A DNA stretch of 64,000 nucleotides from Alphaproteobacteria bacterium (GTDB lineage: Bacteria > Pseudomonadota > Alphaproteobacteria > JAEULC01): contig JADLEG010000250.1 of assembly GCA_020846275.1 (NCBI GenBank), positions 9,875 through 73,874 of the forward strand, written 5' to 3'. Under the pieces are notes generated by a model, which was given only the letters and a program-made list of their open reading frames with translations, had not been told where the DNA came from and searched no databases. Position 1 is the stretch's first letter, and every line of letters starts with the position of its first letter. The position numbers were made by a program, and so were the translations under genes. Of the stretch, positions 1 to 8,609 are shown piece after piece.

Positions 1-690
1 TCCTTCGTCAAGGACGACGGCGTGCTGGCCATCGTGGTCAACGGCGAGGGCCGCGCCTTCTCCGCGGGGTTCGACATGAAGGAATCGGCCCAGCGCCAGA
101 CCACCACGATCGACCAGTGGCGCGCGGTGCTGGGGGCCGATTTCGACTTCATCATCCAGTTCTGGGATTGCCCGAAGCCGACGATCGCCGCGGTGCACGG
201 CTATTGCCTGGCCGGCGCCTTCGAGCTGGCGCTGTCCTGCGACATCACGGTGGCCGCCGAGGGCACGCGCTTCGGCGAGCCCGAGCCCCGCTTCGGATCG
301 GGCATCATCGCGATGCTGCTGCCCTGGGTGGCGGGGCCGAAAGCGACCAAGGAGCTGCTGCTGACCGGCACGGACCAGGTCGACGCGCGCCGCGCGCTGG
401 AGATCGGCATCGTCAACCATGTCGTGCCGGCCGGGCAGGAGCTCGACAAGGCGCTGGCGATCGCCAACGATGTCGCGGCGAGCGCCCCGCTGTCGGTGCA
501 GTTGACCAAGCGGGCGATCAACCGCACCTACGAGATGATGGGGATGCGCCAGGCGCTGCTGGCGGCGCTCGATACCGACGTCCTGATCGAGGCCCAGGGC
601 GGGCCGGAGCGCGCGGAGTTCAACCGCCTGCGTCGCGAGAAGGGGCTGAAGGCGGCGCTGGAGTGGCGGGACTCGCGGTTCAAGCGCTGA
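1..690 (+). CDS. Enoyl-CoA hydratase/isomerase (crotonase) family protein, 5' partial
   Basis: Frame open from base 1; motifs AFSAGFD, GYCLAGAFELALSCD, FGEPE (two catalytic Glu positions). Confidence 0.9.
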   Translation, partial: SFVKDDGVLAIVVNGEGRAFSAGFDMKESAQRQTTTIDQWRAVLGADFDFIIQFWDCPKPTIAAVHGYCLAGAFELALSCDITVAAEGTRFGEPEPRFGSGIIAMLLPWVAGPKATKELLLTGTDQVDARRALEIGIVNHVVPAGQELDKALAIANDVAASAPLSVQLTKRAINRTYEMMGMRQALLAALDTDVLIEAQGGPERAEFNRLRREKGLKAALEWRDSRFKR

Positions 691-729
691 CGCCCCGGCG
701 GTCCGCCGGCGGAGCCCCGCTGCCGCTGT

Positions 730-1905
730 TCAGTCGCGCATGTCGCCGCTGATGAAATGTCCCAGCGGGGCCAGCGTCTCCACCCGGTCGCAGATCAGCT
801 TGAACGAGGCCAGCATGGGAACCGCGAGAAACGCGCCCATGACGCCCCACATCCAGTACCAGAAGACGATCGAAATGATCACGAGGACGGGATTGAGGGT
901 GAAGCGCTTCGCCAGCAGCATCGGCGTGACGCTGTCAGCCTCGATCAGGTGGATCGCGAGGTAAATCCCGGCCGGGATCAAGGCGGTCATCGCCGAGTCG
1001 AACGTCAGCAGGCCGGCCAGGAAAAGGATCGCCGAGCAGCACAGCGGGCCGATGATCGGGACAAAGTTGAAGACGAACGCAACCGTGCCCCACAGAAGCG
1101 GGTCGGCAAGGCCGCAAAAATACGCCGCGATGCCGGTAAGCGTGCCGACCAGCAGGTTCATCAGGCTGATCGTCACCAGGTATTGCGAGAGGTTGCGCTC
1201 GATCTCGCGGGAGATCTCCACGACCTGCTTCTTGTTGCTGTAGGTAGGGACGATCTCGATCAGTTTCCGCAGAAAAAGGTTGCCCGATACCAGCAGGAAG
1301 AACAGCAGCAGCATGGTGGTGAACCATCCCACCACCAGGCTCCGCGTGCCCGTGAACAGCATGCTGCCCAGGCCCTCGCCCTTCACGGTCACGGGGATCA
1401 CCGGCGTTGCGGCATTGTCCGTCAGCTTGTCGACGTTCTGGGTCACGCGCGCCAGTTGCTGCATGGGCGCCTTCAGCAGGTCGGCCCAATTCTCCAGTTT
1501 CGCCATCGCCTTTGGGGCCTGCGCGAACCATCCCGTGGCGGGTCCCGACAGTGGAATCATGACCGCCGCGACAAGCCCGCACAGCAACAGCACCAGCAGC
1601 AACGCATTCAACACTCGGGGCGTGGGCATCCGGTCGAGCAGGCGCATCGCCGGCTGCAGCAAGGTGCTGAGAATGAACGCGAGAACGATCGGGATGGCAA
1701 GTTCGCGAAGGAAATAGAGCGCCGTCAGGCACAGAATGACGAAGATGCCGGCGAGCAGTACGACCGGGAGGCTTTGCGGCAGGGCGAAATCGCCTTCTTC
1801 CTCACCGGCCTTCGCGAGCGTGAGCAGACGCGGCGCGGGCGGGGCCGCTTTGCCATCCGGCGCCTCGTCGGGGATTTCTTCAGCGAGCTCGATTTGGCCT
1901 GTCAC
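730..1905 (-). CDS. AI-2E family (PerM/YhhT-like) transporter
   Basis: Multi-TM protein; PIVLAFILSTLLQP, FFLL..G..F, FNFVPIIGP, PVLVIISIVFWYWMWGVMGAFLAVP. Confidence 0.88.
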   Translation of the reverse strand: MTGQIELAEEIPDEAPDGKAAPPAPRLLTLAKAGEEEGDFALPQSLPVVLLAGIFVILCLTALYFLRELAIPIVLAFILSTLLQPAMRLLDRMPTPRVLNALLLVLLLCGLVAAVMIPLSGPATGWFAQAPKAMAKLENWADLLKAPMQQLARVTQNVDKLTDNAATPVIPVTVKGEGLGSMLFTGTRSLVVGWFTTMLLLFFLLVSGNLFLRKLIEIVPTYSNKKQVVEISREIERNLSQYLVTISLMNLLVGTLTGIAAYFCGLADPLLWGTVAFVFNFVPIIGPLCCSAILFLAGLLTFDSAMTALIPAGIYLAIHLIEADSVTPMLLAKRFTLNPVLVIISIVFWYWMWGVMGAFLAVPMLASFKLICDRVETLAPLGHFISGDMRD

Positions 1906-1947
1906 GGTTCATCCCTGCATGCCCCGCTCGCGACCGAGGGCAAAGGC

Positions 1948-1974
1948 GGCGCCAGCCCCAAAAGGGCTGGCGCC
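1948..1974 (-). terminator. GC hairpin downstream of the 3977-1991 operon
   Basis: GGCGCCAGCCC-caaaa-GGGCTGGCGCC perfect 11-bp stem; only a short U tract on minus. Confidence 0.5.
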
Positions 1975-1990
1975 ATCGCTTGTGTGCCGC

Positions 1991-2248
1991 TTAGAACGAG
2001 AAGCCGAACGAGAAAGTCGGCGGATACACCGGCGGAGAGTAGATCACCGGCGGCGGCGAGTAGTACTGGGGATAGGAGGGGCCGATATAAACGTGCGGAT
2101 GGGCGCGGCGCCAATCATCCCGGTCCCAGTGCCGATGACGCCAGTGGTTGTCGTCCGCCCTGGCAGGGGTCGCCGGGACGCTCGCGAGCGGAAGCGCGAC
2201 GGCCGCGGCCATCACCGCCAAGGCGCCCGCGCGAATGATGTTCTTCAT
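1991..2248 (-). CDS. Small secreted His/Trp/Pro/Tyr-rich protein (85 aa)
   Basis: AGGAG RBS, signal peptide ending ARA, then HWRHRHWDRDDWRRAHPH and YSPPPVIYSPPVYPP. Confidence 0.7.
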   Translation of the reverse strand: MKNIIRAGALAVMAAAVALPLASVPATPARADDNHWRHRHWDRDDWRRAHPHVYIGPSYPQYYSPPPVIYSPPVYPPTFSFGFSF

Positions 2249-2276
2249 CTTGCAGCTCCTTTGTCCGTGCGAGGGG

Positions 2277-2831
2277 TCAGTTCGTGGCCTTGGGGATGCC
2301 GGTCCCGGGGGGGCGCTCGGCACCGCTGGCGGCGGCGGCCTGGTTGTAGCGGTGGAAGACCTCGTCGGCGGCCCGGCGCTGATCGGCCGACATGCTTTCA
2401 TAAAGCGGCGTGAAGGCATCGATCATGTTCTTCAATGCGTCGGAATGCGCCTCCGACATCTGCTGGTAGGACTTCAGGTCCTCGATCGCCGACATCTTGG
2501 CCCACGCATCGCGGCGCTTTTCCATCGCGGCTTCCATGCTCTTGCCGTTTTCGCGCATCGCGGCCGCGACGCCCTTCCATTTCGATTCCTGCTCCGGACG
2601 GATGCCCAGCCGCTGGTGCAGGTCCTGGACGCGGGCTTCGATCCGCTCTTCGGTCGTATAGCTGCGCGCGGCGACGTTGGCGGGCGGCACGGCCTGCTGC
2701 GCGGTGGGCGCGACGCGCTGGGGGGCGGCCGGCGCTGCCGGCGGGGTGGACTGGGCTGCGGCAAGCCCGGTCATGCTGGCGAAGGTCAACGCGGACACCA
2801 GGCCCGCGCGCGCAAGGGAGAAGGTTGCCAT
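2277..2831 (-). CDS. Spy/CpxP (LTXXQ motif) periplasmic chaperone-like protein
   Basis: Signal peptide; LGIRPEQESKW and LYESMSADQRRAAD match the two LTxxQ-like repeats; helical. Confidence 0.75.
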   Translation of the reverse strand: MATFSLARAGLVSALTFASMTGLAAAQSTPPAAPAAPQRVAPTAQQAVPPANVAARSYTTEERIEARVQDLHQRLGIRPEQESKWKGVAAAMRENGKSMEAAMEKRRDAWAKMSAIEDLKSYQQMSEAHSDALKNMIDAFTPLYESMSADQRRAADEVFHRYNQAAAASGAERPPGTGIPKATN

Positions 2832-2912
2832 GAGTTGCTTCCTCTTCTGATACCGTCCCCCGGTTTGCCGGAACGGCCCCGGGCAAACCGCCCGAGGCCG
2901 TTCCCAGCAGTC

Positions 2913-3626
2913 TTAGGAATCGCGGTTCAGGCGCATTGCGGTCGACTTCGTGCCGGCGCTGCCGGTGCCTTCGAAGCCGTCTTGCGTGAACCGCCCGGAG
3001 ATGGCCAGCGGGTCGCCGCCGTCACCCGAGGACTTGTTCTTGTCCTTCAGGAACCCTTTGCCGGAGAAATAACCCGCCGAGTCGACGATACCGTCCAAGG
3101 TCACCCGGTCGGTCGTATCCTCGTAGTGGATGTGCAACTGCCCGCCCACCACGGTTGCCTGCACCGCAAAGCTCTGGCCGCGGGGCTCGATACGTCCGGA
3201 CCAGAGGCCGTCGAAGGGCATGGCCGCCACCGGCTGCACGGACGGCGGCGGCAGGATCGGCTGGTAGGGAACGATGACGGTCGCCACGGCCGTACGACCG
3301 TTGATCTGGCGCAGCGCCTCGTCTCGCCCCGCACGCGCGGCGCCGATATCCGGCTGCAGCGCCAGGGCGTCATTATAGGCGTCGAACGCGCTTCCCGGCC
3401 GCCGCGAGGCCAGCAGCGCATCGCCCAGGCGCGTCATCAGCTCGGGATCGTTGGGCTGGTAGCGGCTCGCCGCCAGACAGGCATCGAGCTGCTGCGGCCC
3501 CGGCGTGCGGCACCGGCTCGCAAAATCGGGGTACTGGGCGTTGGCGAACGGCGCGAGGCCGGCAACCATCGGAATTGCCAACATGGTGGCGGTGGACAAA
3601 TACCGGACAAGGCGTGATGCAGCCAT
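2913..3626 (-). CDS. Secreted TPR-containing hypothetical protein
   Basis: GAAGGAG RBS; signal peptide; TPR-like LGDALLASRRPGSAFDAYNDALALQPD followed by a beta-rich C-terminal domain. Confidence 0.65.
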   Translation of the reverse strand: MAASRLVRYLSTATMLAIPMVAGLAPFANAQYPDFASRCRTPGPQQLDACLAASRYQPNDPELMTRLGDALLASRRPGSAFDAYNDALALQPDIGAARAGRDEALRQINGRTAVATVIVPYQPILPPPSVQPVAAMPFDGLWSGRIEPRGQSFAVQATVVGGQLHIHYEDTTDRVTLDGIVDSAGYFSGKGFLKDKNKSSGDGGDPLAISGRFTQDGFEGTGSAGTKSTAMRLNRDS

Positions 3627-3665
3627 GCGGGCTCTCCTTCAAGTCTCGTTTGAGGCGCGATCGAG

Positions 3666-3977
3666 CTAGTTCGTCTCGCGCATGACTTCGCCGCCGGGCG
3701 ACACGGCGACATTGATGTCGCCGCCGCCGGCGCTCGCCGTGGCGTGCCAGACGTTGTCGCAGCCCTTGCGAAGATCGCGCACGTTGGTCAGGCCGGCGGC
3801 CTCGATCCGACGACGCGCATCAGCCGCCGTCGAACCGTCGATCCGCTCGCCGAACTCGCAGTTGTTGCTGACCTGCGACCATTTGCTGTCAAGCTTGGGC
3901 GCCGTCTGGGCAGTGGCACCGGCAGCGAAGCCGGCGGACGCCAATATCGCGACCGCCGCAATGATATTGCGCATCAT
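3666..3977 (-). CDS. Small secreted PepSY-like protein with Cys pair
   Basis: Signal peptide; ARRRIEAAGLTNVRDLRKGCDNVWHATA; paralog of 23076-23477. Confidence 0.7.
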   Translation of the reverse strand: MMRNIIAAVAILASAGFAAGATAQTAPKLDSKWSQVSNNCEFGERIDGSTAADARRRIEAAGLTNVRDLRKGCDNVWHATASAGGGDINVAVSPGGEVMRETN

Positions 3978-4050
3978 TGGAACACCTCATTCGCTAGGAA
4001 ACGAACCGTCCCATCGCACGGAAAGCGCCGCTGCGATGCGTTGGTAGCCA

Positions 4051-4075
4051 AACGCGTCCCTGTGGGGATGGTTCC
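4051..4075 (-). promoter_or_regulatory. EcfG-type promoter GGAAC-N16-CGTT
   Basis: Exact consensus upstream of the 3977-1991 operon. Confidence 0.8.
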
Positions 4076-4107
4076 GGGAAGTGAGCGCGGCTTTGCGCGC
4101 CGTCAGA

Positions 4108-5802
4108 CTAGTCGACGCCCCCGGTCGGGATCGGAAATACGACCTTTAGACAAAAATCGGCGGGACGCCTGGCGAGTTCCAGTTTGCCGCCAAGCTGCTG
4201 AACGAACCCCCGGACAAGGGTCTGGCTCAAGCCGTCCGAATCGGACAGCAAGGGTCGCGTCTCGCTGCGTATCAAAAGCTCTCCGCGGCCTTCGGGATGC
4301 AGCAGCAGTTCGATCCGCAGACTGCATCCATGCGCCGCGGCCGGTTCCGGATTCAAGCAATTGATGACGATCTCCGCGATCATCAACCCCAGCGGCCCAG
4401 CTTGGTCCGTGGACAGCTCCATCGGCGGCGCGATGATATCGATGCTGACGAGGTCACGGTCCTCGTCGTCAGCCATCCCGGCGAGTTGCGTCACCAGTTC
4501 GTTCAGGAACGATTGGATCTCGATCGCCCGCACCTCCTGGCGCCGATACATGTGCTGGTGCAGCAGCATCAGCGCGACGATGCGCTCCCGCGCGACATGG
4601 ATCGCCGAACGGGCCACGGGGTGGCGGATGCGATGCGCCTGAAGGCTGAGCATCGACGAGACGATCTGTAGGTTGTTCTTGACGCGATGATGGATCTCGT
4701 GGACGAGCTGGTCGCGCTGGGTCAGAAGCTCCTTCAGCTTCACTTCGCGGTCGGTCACCGTTTCCGTCACCTCGACAAAGCGCCTGGCCAGCCGGCGCAG
4801 TTCGGCCGGCATCGCCGGCAGACCGGGCGGGGGTGTGAACGGCACCTCTGACCCGCCATAGGAGCGGAACGCGTTTCCCAGCATCCGCAAAGGCTTCAGA
4901 ACGGAATAGTGGGCGCCAAAGGTGACGACCAGGACGCTGAGCCCCAGCAGCAGCACGATCTGCGTCAGGCGGAAGGCGAAGTCGGCATCGGCATGGCTGA
5001 TCGTGGGGCTGGCCGGCAAGGCGGCCATGAGCAGAAGGGAATCCGTCAATGGACGCACGGCATAGAAGACCTGTTCGCCGCTCTGGGTCCCGCTCTCGAA
5101 CACGGAATCGGTTCTCGCTGTCGACAGGCCACCGGCGACGGGCTGGGGCAGCAGCTCATCGCCGCCGACGATGTTCACGGCCCGGTCGCCGCCCCGCGGC
5201 AGGATCCACACGGCGCTACCTTCCGGCATGCGGCCATATCCGGGCATGCTGGCAAACGCCGCCACGGGCATCGTGGCGCCGACGGTGGCGACGATCCCAT
5301 CGTTGCCCGCAATGGGCAGCCCCGCCAACAAGGCGCCTCGGGATTCCGGGAATTCCACAGTGGTGAGCGCCACGGAGAAGCCGCCCGTGGTCTTGACCGA
5401 TTCGAAAAGCGCCGACGGGCTGAAGCCGCCGCCGCTGCGCCCGGTGCTGCACTTGAGATGGCCGATCTGGTCGAGCAGGAAGAAACCGCCGAAATACTTT
5501 CCGGTAGAGACGATCTTCTCGATCAGGCTGCGGTCGCAGGCAGGGGACGACGCCGAAGCGACTTGTGGGGCAAGCGCGGTCAGAAGTTGCTGCGTCGCCG
5601 CCAGGACTGTGGCCTGCTCGCGCAGCACGGCGTCGGCCAGCATGGCGACCACGCGGCGGCCTGCCGCCAAATCGGCTTCGCGCCGGTTGACCGCGTTCGA
5701 TATTGCAGCCACGACAACCGGAATCGTCACCAGTATCAGCAGGAGGACGAGACGGACCCTGACCGATAGGCGACCGACCCACCGCGGCTTCAAAGCACCC
5801 AC
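4108..5802 (-). CDS. Membrane sensor histidine kinase-like protein (HisKA_2) with degenerate ATP-binding domain
   Basis: Two TMs, periplasmic Cache-like and HAMP-like regions, H-box EIHHRVKNNLQ; G1 box replaced by IRSETRP. Confidence 0.85.
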   Translation of the reverse strand: MGALKPRWVGRLSVRVRLVLLLILVTIPVVVAAISNAVNRREADLAAGRRVVAMLADAVLREQATVLAATQQLLTALAPQVASASSPACDRSLIEKIVSTGKYFGGFFLLDQIGHLKCSTGRSGGGFSPSALFESVKTTGGFSVALTTVEFPESRGALLAGLPIAGNDGIVATVGATMPVAAFASMPGYGRMPEGSAVWILPRGGDRAVNIVGGDELLPQPVAGGLSTARTDSVFESGTQSGEQVFYAVRPLTDSLLLMAALPASPTISHADADFAFRLTQIVLLLGLSVLVVTFGAHYSVLKPLRMLGNAFRSYGGSEVPFTPPPGLPAMPAELRRLARRFVEVTETVTDREVKLKELLTQRDQLVHEIHHRVKNNLQIVSSMLSLQAHRIRHPVARSAIHVARERIVALMLLHQHMYRRQEVRAIEIQSFLNELVTQLAGMADDEDRDLVSIDIIAPPMELSTDQAGPLGLMIAEIVINCLNPEPAAAHGCSLRIELLLHPEGRGELLIRSETRPLLSDSDGLSQTLVRGFVQQLGGKLELARRPADFCLKVVFPIPTGGVD

Positions 5803-5907
5803 CGTGTTATCCCAGCCCGTACGAGGAAGCGCGGCAGGACGATTTTTCGCTGACCGATCCGCCTAGGACCGCCCCGCGCATGAGCGACGCCTGCGCATTC
5901 CAGCCGC

Positions 5908-6050
5908 CTAGTGTCCCGATTCCGAGGTTCGTCAGTGTTTGCGACGAAAAGGACACGAGCAACTATTTGAGTCTAGTGCCCCTTTGGAACCCGAAGTTCG
6001 CCTCCGGTCTTGCGATCAAGCGAAGGCGAACTTCGGGTTCGGGGCACTAG
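5908..6050. repeat. CTAG-bounded palindromic mosaic repeat, copy 1 (two-unit, 24-nt internal deletion)
   Basis: Near-identical to 33497-33664; CTAG at 5908, 5973 and 6047; arms GAACCCGAAGTTCGCC/GGCGAACTTCGGGTTC. Confidence 0.9.
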
Positions 6051-6274
6051 TTATCCTTGATCTTCTTGTCGTCGATCAACTGGAGGAGCTCGTCGGGAAC
6101 GGGCTCGTGCGCCACGTCCGAGAACATGTCGCGCAACTCCCGTTTCAGCCACAGATCGAACGCCGTCGACGTCTTGTCAGCACGCCTCGCCGGTTTCGGT
6201 GCCTGCCGCGCCTGCGCGCCGCCGGCAGCCTTCCTGGCGCTGTCGGCGGGTCGATCCGTGGGTCGTTTTGCCAT
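6047..6274 (-). CDS. nepR: NepR anti-sigma factor
   Basis: Low-complexity N-terminus then FDLWLKRELRDMFSDVAHEPVPDELLQLID; adjacent to ecfG/phyR. Confidence 0.88.
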   Translation of the reverse strand: MAKRPTDRPADSARKAAGGAQARQAPKPARRADKTSTAFDLWLKRELRDMFSDVAHEPVPDELLQLIDDKKIKDN

Positions 6275-6425
6275 GATGGTGTCAATCCGCAAAGACGCCA
6301 CGGTCGCGCACCCAGTGGCCCCAAACCCGCCGTCACGCGGAAGGAAGGCAGCCTGCATAATTCCCGACATGCCGTGCATTCCTCTAAGGCGGTAAGATAC
6401 CGCTCACCACCAACTATCGCAATCG

Positions 6426-6998
6426 CTAGAGCAGCGTCTGGGCTGCGGTGCCGGTGTCCGCCGGATCGCAGCTGACCCCACCCCGATCGGAACGACGTGC
6501 CTCTGGCGCCGGAACGTCGCTGGCCGAAACCCCGAGCAGATCCTCGTGCAACTGGCGCCGGGCGCGGCTGATGCGGCTCTTGACGGTCCCGGTGCGACAT
6601 CCCATGACGTCGGCGATTTGGTCGTGGTTGAGTTCCGACAAGGTCGACAACAACAGCGCCTCTCGCTGAGCGACCGGAAGCCGGTCGATCGCGCCCACCA
6701 GCTCACGCAGCACGAGGCGATCGTCATGGGATTCCGCCACCGCGATGCGCTTCGCCACCACGTCGTCCAATGGCACCGTGTCGCGCTTCTTGCGGATACC
6801 GGAGATGAATTCGTTGCGAAGGATCTTGTGCATCCACGCGGCGAAGTTCGTGCCGGGCTGGAAACTGGTCTGCGCCGCCAGCGCGCGCACGACCGTGTCC
6901 TGCACCAGATCTTCCATGCCGTGCCGGTTGCGTGTAAGTGCCAGGGCATGACGACGGAGTTGGGGGAGGATCGCCTTCAGGTCATCATGGAAGCTCAT
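6426..6998 (-). CDS. ecfG: ECF sigma factor, EcfG (ECF15) type, copy 1
   Basis: LPQLRRHALALTRN..EDLVQDT, GTNFAAWMHKILRN, GTVKSRISRAR; GSR locus context. Confidence 0.88.
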   Translation of the reverse strand: MSFHDDLKAILPQLRRHALALTRNRHGMEDLVQDTVVRALAAQTSFQPGTNFAAWMHKILRNEFISGIRKKRDTVPLDDVVAKRIAVAESHDDRLVLRELVGAIDRLPVAQREALLLSTLSELNHDQIADVMGCRTGTVKSRISRARRQLHEDLLGVSASDVPAPEARRSDRGGVSCDPADTGTAAQTLL

Positions 6999-7040
6999 TG
7001 TTTGGCTCCGTCCTGTTTTTCCCGATTTCTCTGATGAACC

Positions 7041-7065
7041 AACGAGCGCACCTGGCATTGGTTGC
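7041..7065 (-). promoter_or_regulatory. EcfG-type promoter GCAAC-N16-CGTT upstream of ecfG copy 1
   Basis: Read directly; -35 variant GCAAC. Confidence 0.7.
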
Positions 7066-7163
7066 CGGCGGTGAACATCGAAAAAAATTATGTCGGCCCA
7101 AAGGGTTATCGACGCCAGCGTCGAACGCCGCGGGTTCCTGCGGCCCGCATGCCCGCCTTCAAG

Positions 7164-7760
7164 TCAGGAAGAGGGCGTTCTGCCGGCCGCTTGCTCGTCC
7201 GAGCCCCCGCCGGCTTCCAGGTCCGCCTTCAGACGCGCGCGCGCCCGGCTGACCCGCGCCTTCATGGTGCCGATGGCGCAATTGCAGATTTTCGCGGCTT
7301 CCTCGTGCTTCAGGCCCCGCATCGTGACCAGGACCAATGCCTCGCGCAGCTCGGGCGGCAAGCGCCAGAACGCCGAGCGAAGATCGCGGACCGCGAGATG
7401 CCCCTCCTGGGGCGGGTCGATGCGCAGCACCTCGGCAGATCCGACAAGCGCGGGGTCGGCGGAAACCTCGCGGCGCTGGCGACGGCGTTGATCATAGAAG
7501 ACGTTGCGCAGGATGGTAAACGTCCATGCCCCCATGTTCGTGCCGGGCCGGAAGCTATGCAGGGCCGCCAGCGCCCGGGTCAGCGATTCCTGAACCAGAT
7601 CATCGGCGCGTTCCCCATCACGCTCGAGGGATCGGGCGAAGGCGCGTAGATCGGGCAGGAGCCCGACCAGGGATCGCCTGAGTTGCGCATAGGTCGCGTC
7701 GGCGCTCAACGGTCGGATCCCATCTGATAAGATGTGTGGCCCGCGAATGAGAAAGCTCAA
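7164..7760 (-). CDS. ecfG: ECF sigma factor, EcfG (ECF15) type, copy 2 (start uncertain)
   Basis: LPDLRAFARSL..ADDLVQE, GTNMGAWTFTILRN, GTMKARVSRAR; divergent from phyR. Confidence 0.88.
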   Translation of the reverse strand: MSFLIRGPHILSDGIRPLSADATYAQLRRSLVGLLPDLRAFARSLERDGERADDLVQESLTRALAALHSFRPGTNMGAWTFTILRNVFYDQRRRQRREVSADPALVGSAEVLRIDPPQEGHLAVRDLRSAFWRLPPELREALVLVTMRGLKHEEAAKICNCAIGTMKARVSRARARLKADLEAGGGSDEQAAGRTPSS

Positions 7761-7862
7761 GATTGCATGAAAGGTTCAAGGGGAGTACGTTTTTCCCAAG
7801 GACGCATTGCATTTCTTGCGCGAGCCGAGCGTGTTGGCGCCGGCATGCGAAGGACAAACCCC

Positions 7863-8609
7863 ATGACGCGGCCCTCAGCCAAGACGATAATCGCGAAGCA
7901 TATTCCTTATCTTCGACGATACGCGCGCGCCCTCGCCGGCACGCAGGCCGCGGGCGATTCCCTGGTAGCCGAGGCGCTGCGGTCGTTCGGGTCGGCGCCT
8001 GAGAACGAAGACGAATTGCGGGTCGCCCTGTTCCGGGCGGTGACGCAGTCCGCGAACGCCATGTTCGTTTCCAAGCCGCCGTCGACCGACGCGCTGTCGC
8101 TGGCCGAGCGCCAGATTCTGCTGCTGACCTCGTTGGAAAGCTTCCCGGTCGACGCCGCGGCAGAGGTTCTGGGCGTGCCGGGCAGCGAGGCGGTGCAACT
8201 GTTGGCGGATGCGAAGGAGCGGCTGCGCGTCAATGCGCAGACCGATGTGCTGATCATCGAGGACGAACCGGTCATCGCACTTGATATCGCGGAGCTGGTT
8301 GCATCCTGCGGCCACCGCGTCGTCGGCGTTGCCGCGGCGGAGCGCGAAGCGATCGCCCTGGCGCGCGACAAGCGGCCCGGTCTCATCCTGGCGGACATCA
8401 ATCTTGCCAATGGCGGCGACGGCCAGAGCGCCGTGGCCGAAATCCAGAAGCAAGGCGCCGTGCCGGTGATCTTCATCACCGCCTATCCAGAACGGCTGCT
8501 GACCGGGGCGTTGAACGAACCGACGTTCCTGATCACCAAGCCGTTCGATCCGCTGCGCCTGGCCATCACGACCTACCAGGCCGTGAGCGGCGGCCTGCCC
8601 TTCAAGTAG
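7863..8609 (+). CDS. phyR: PhyR anti-anti-sigma response regulator, copy 1
   Basis: Sigma-like N-terminus IPYLRRYARALAG; REC with IIEDEP, LADINL, FITAYPERLLTG, TKPF. Confidence 0.93.
   Translation: MTRPSAKTIIAKHIPYLRRYARALAGTQAAGDSLVAEALRSFGSAPENEDELRVALFRAVTQSANAMFVSKPPSTDALSLAERQILLLTSLESFPVDAAAEVLGVPGSEAVQLLADAKERLRVNAQTDVLIIEDEPVIALDIAELVASCGHRVVGVAAAEREAIALARDKRPGLILADINLANGGDGQSAVAEIQKQGAVPVIFITAYPERLLTGALNEPTFLITKPFDPLRLAITTYQAVSGGLPFK

Noticed and set aside
2870-2904. GGAAC...CGTT as an EcfG promoter for the Spy-like gene
   Set aside because: Spacer is 24 nt; the motifs are arms of a hairpin
5939-6475. ORFs sharing EPEVRLRSCDQ..ANFGFG (also 33484-34218) that look like a paralogous protein family
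   Set aside because: The shared peptide is just the translation of the palindromic repeat
7760-7862. EcfG promoters for phyR1 and ecfG2
   Set aside because: No G(G/C)AAC-N16/17-CGTT match found on either strand by eye
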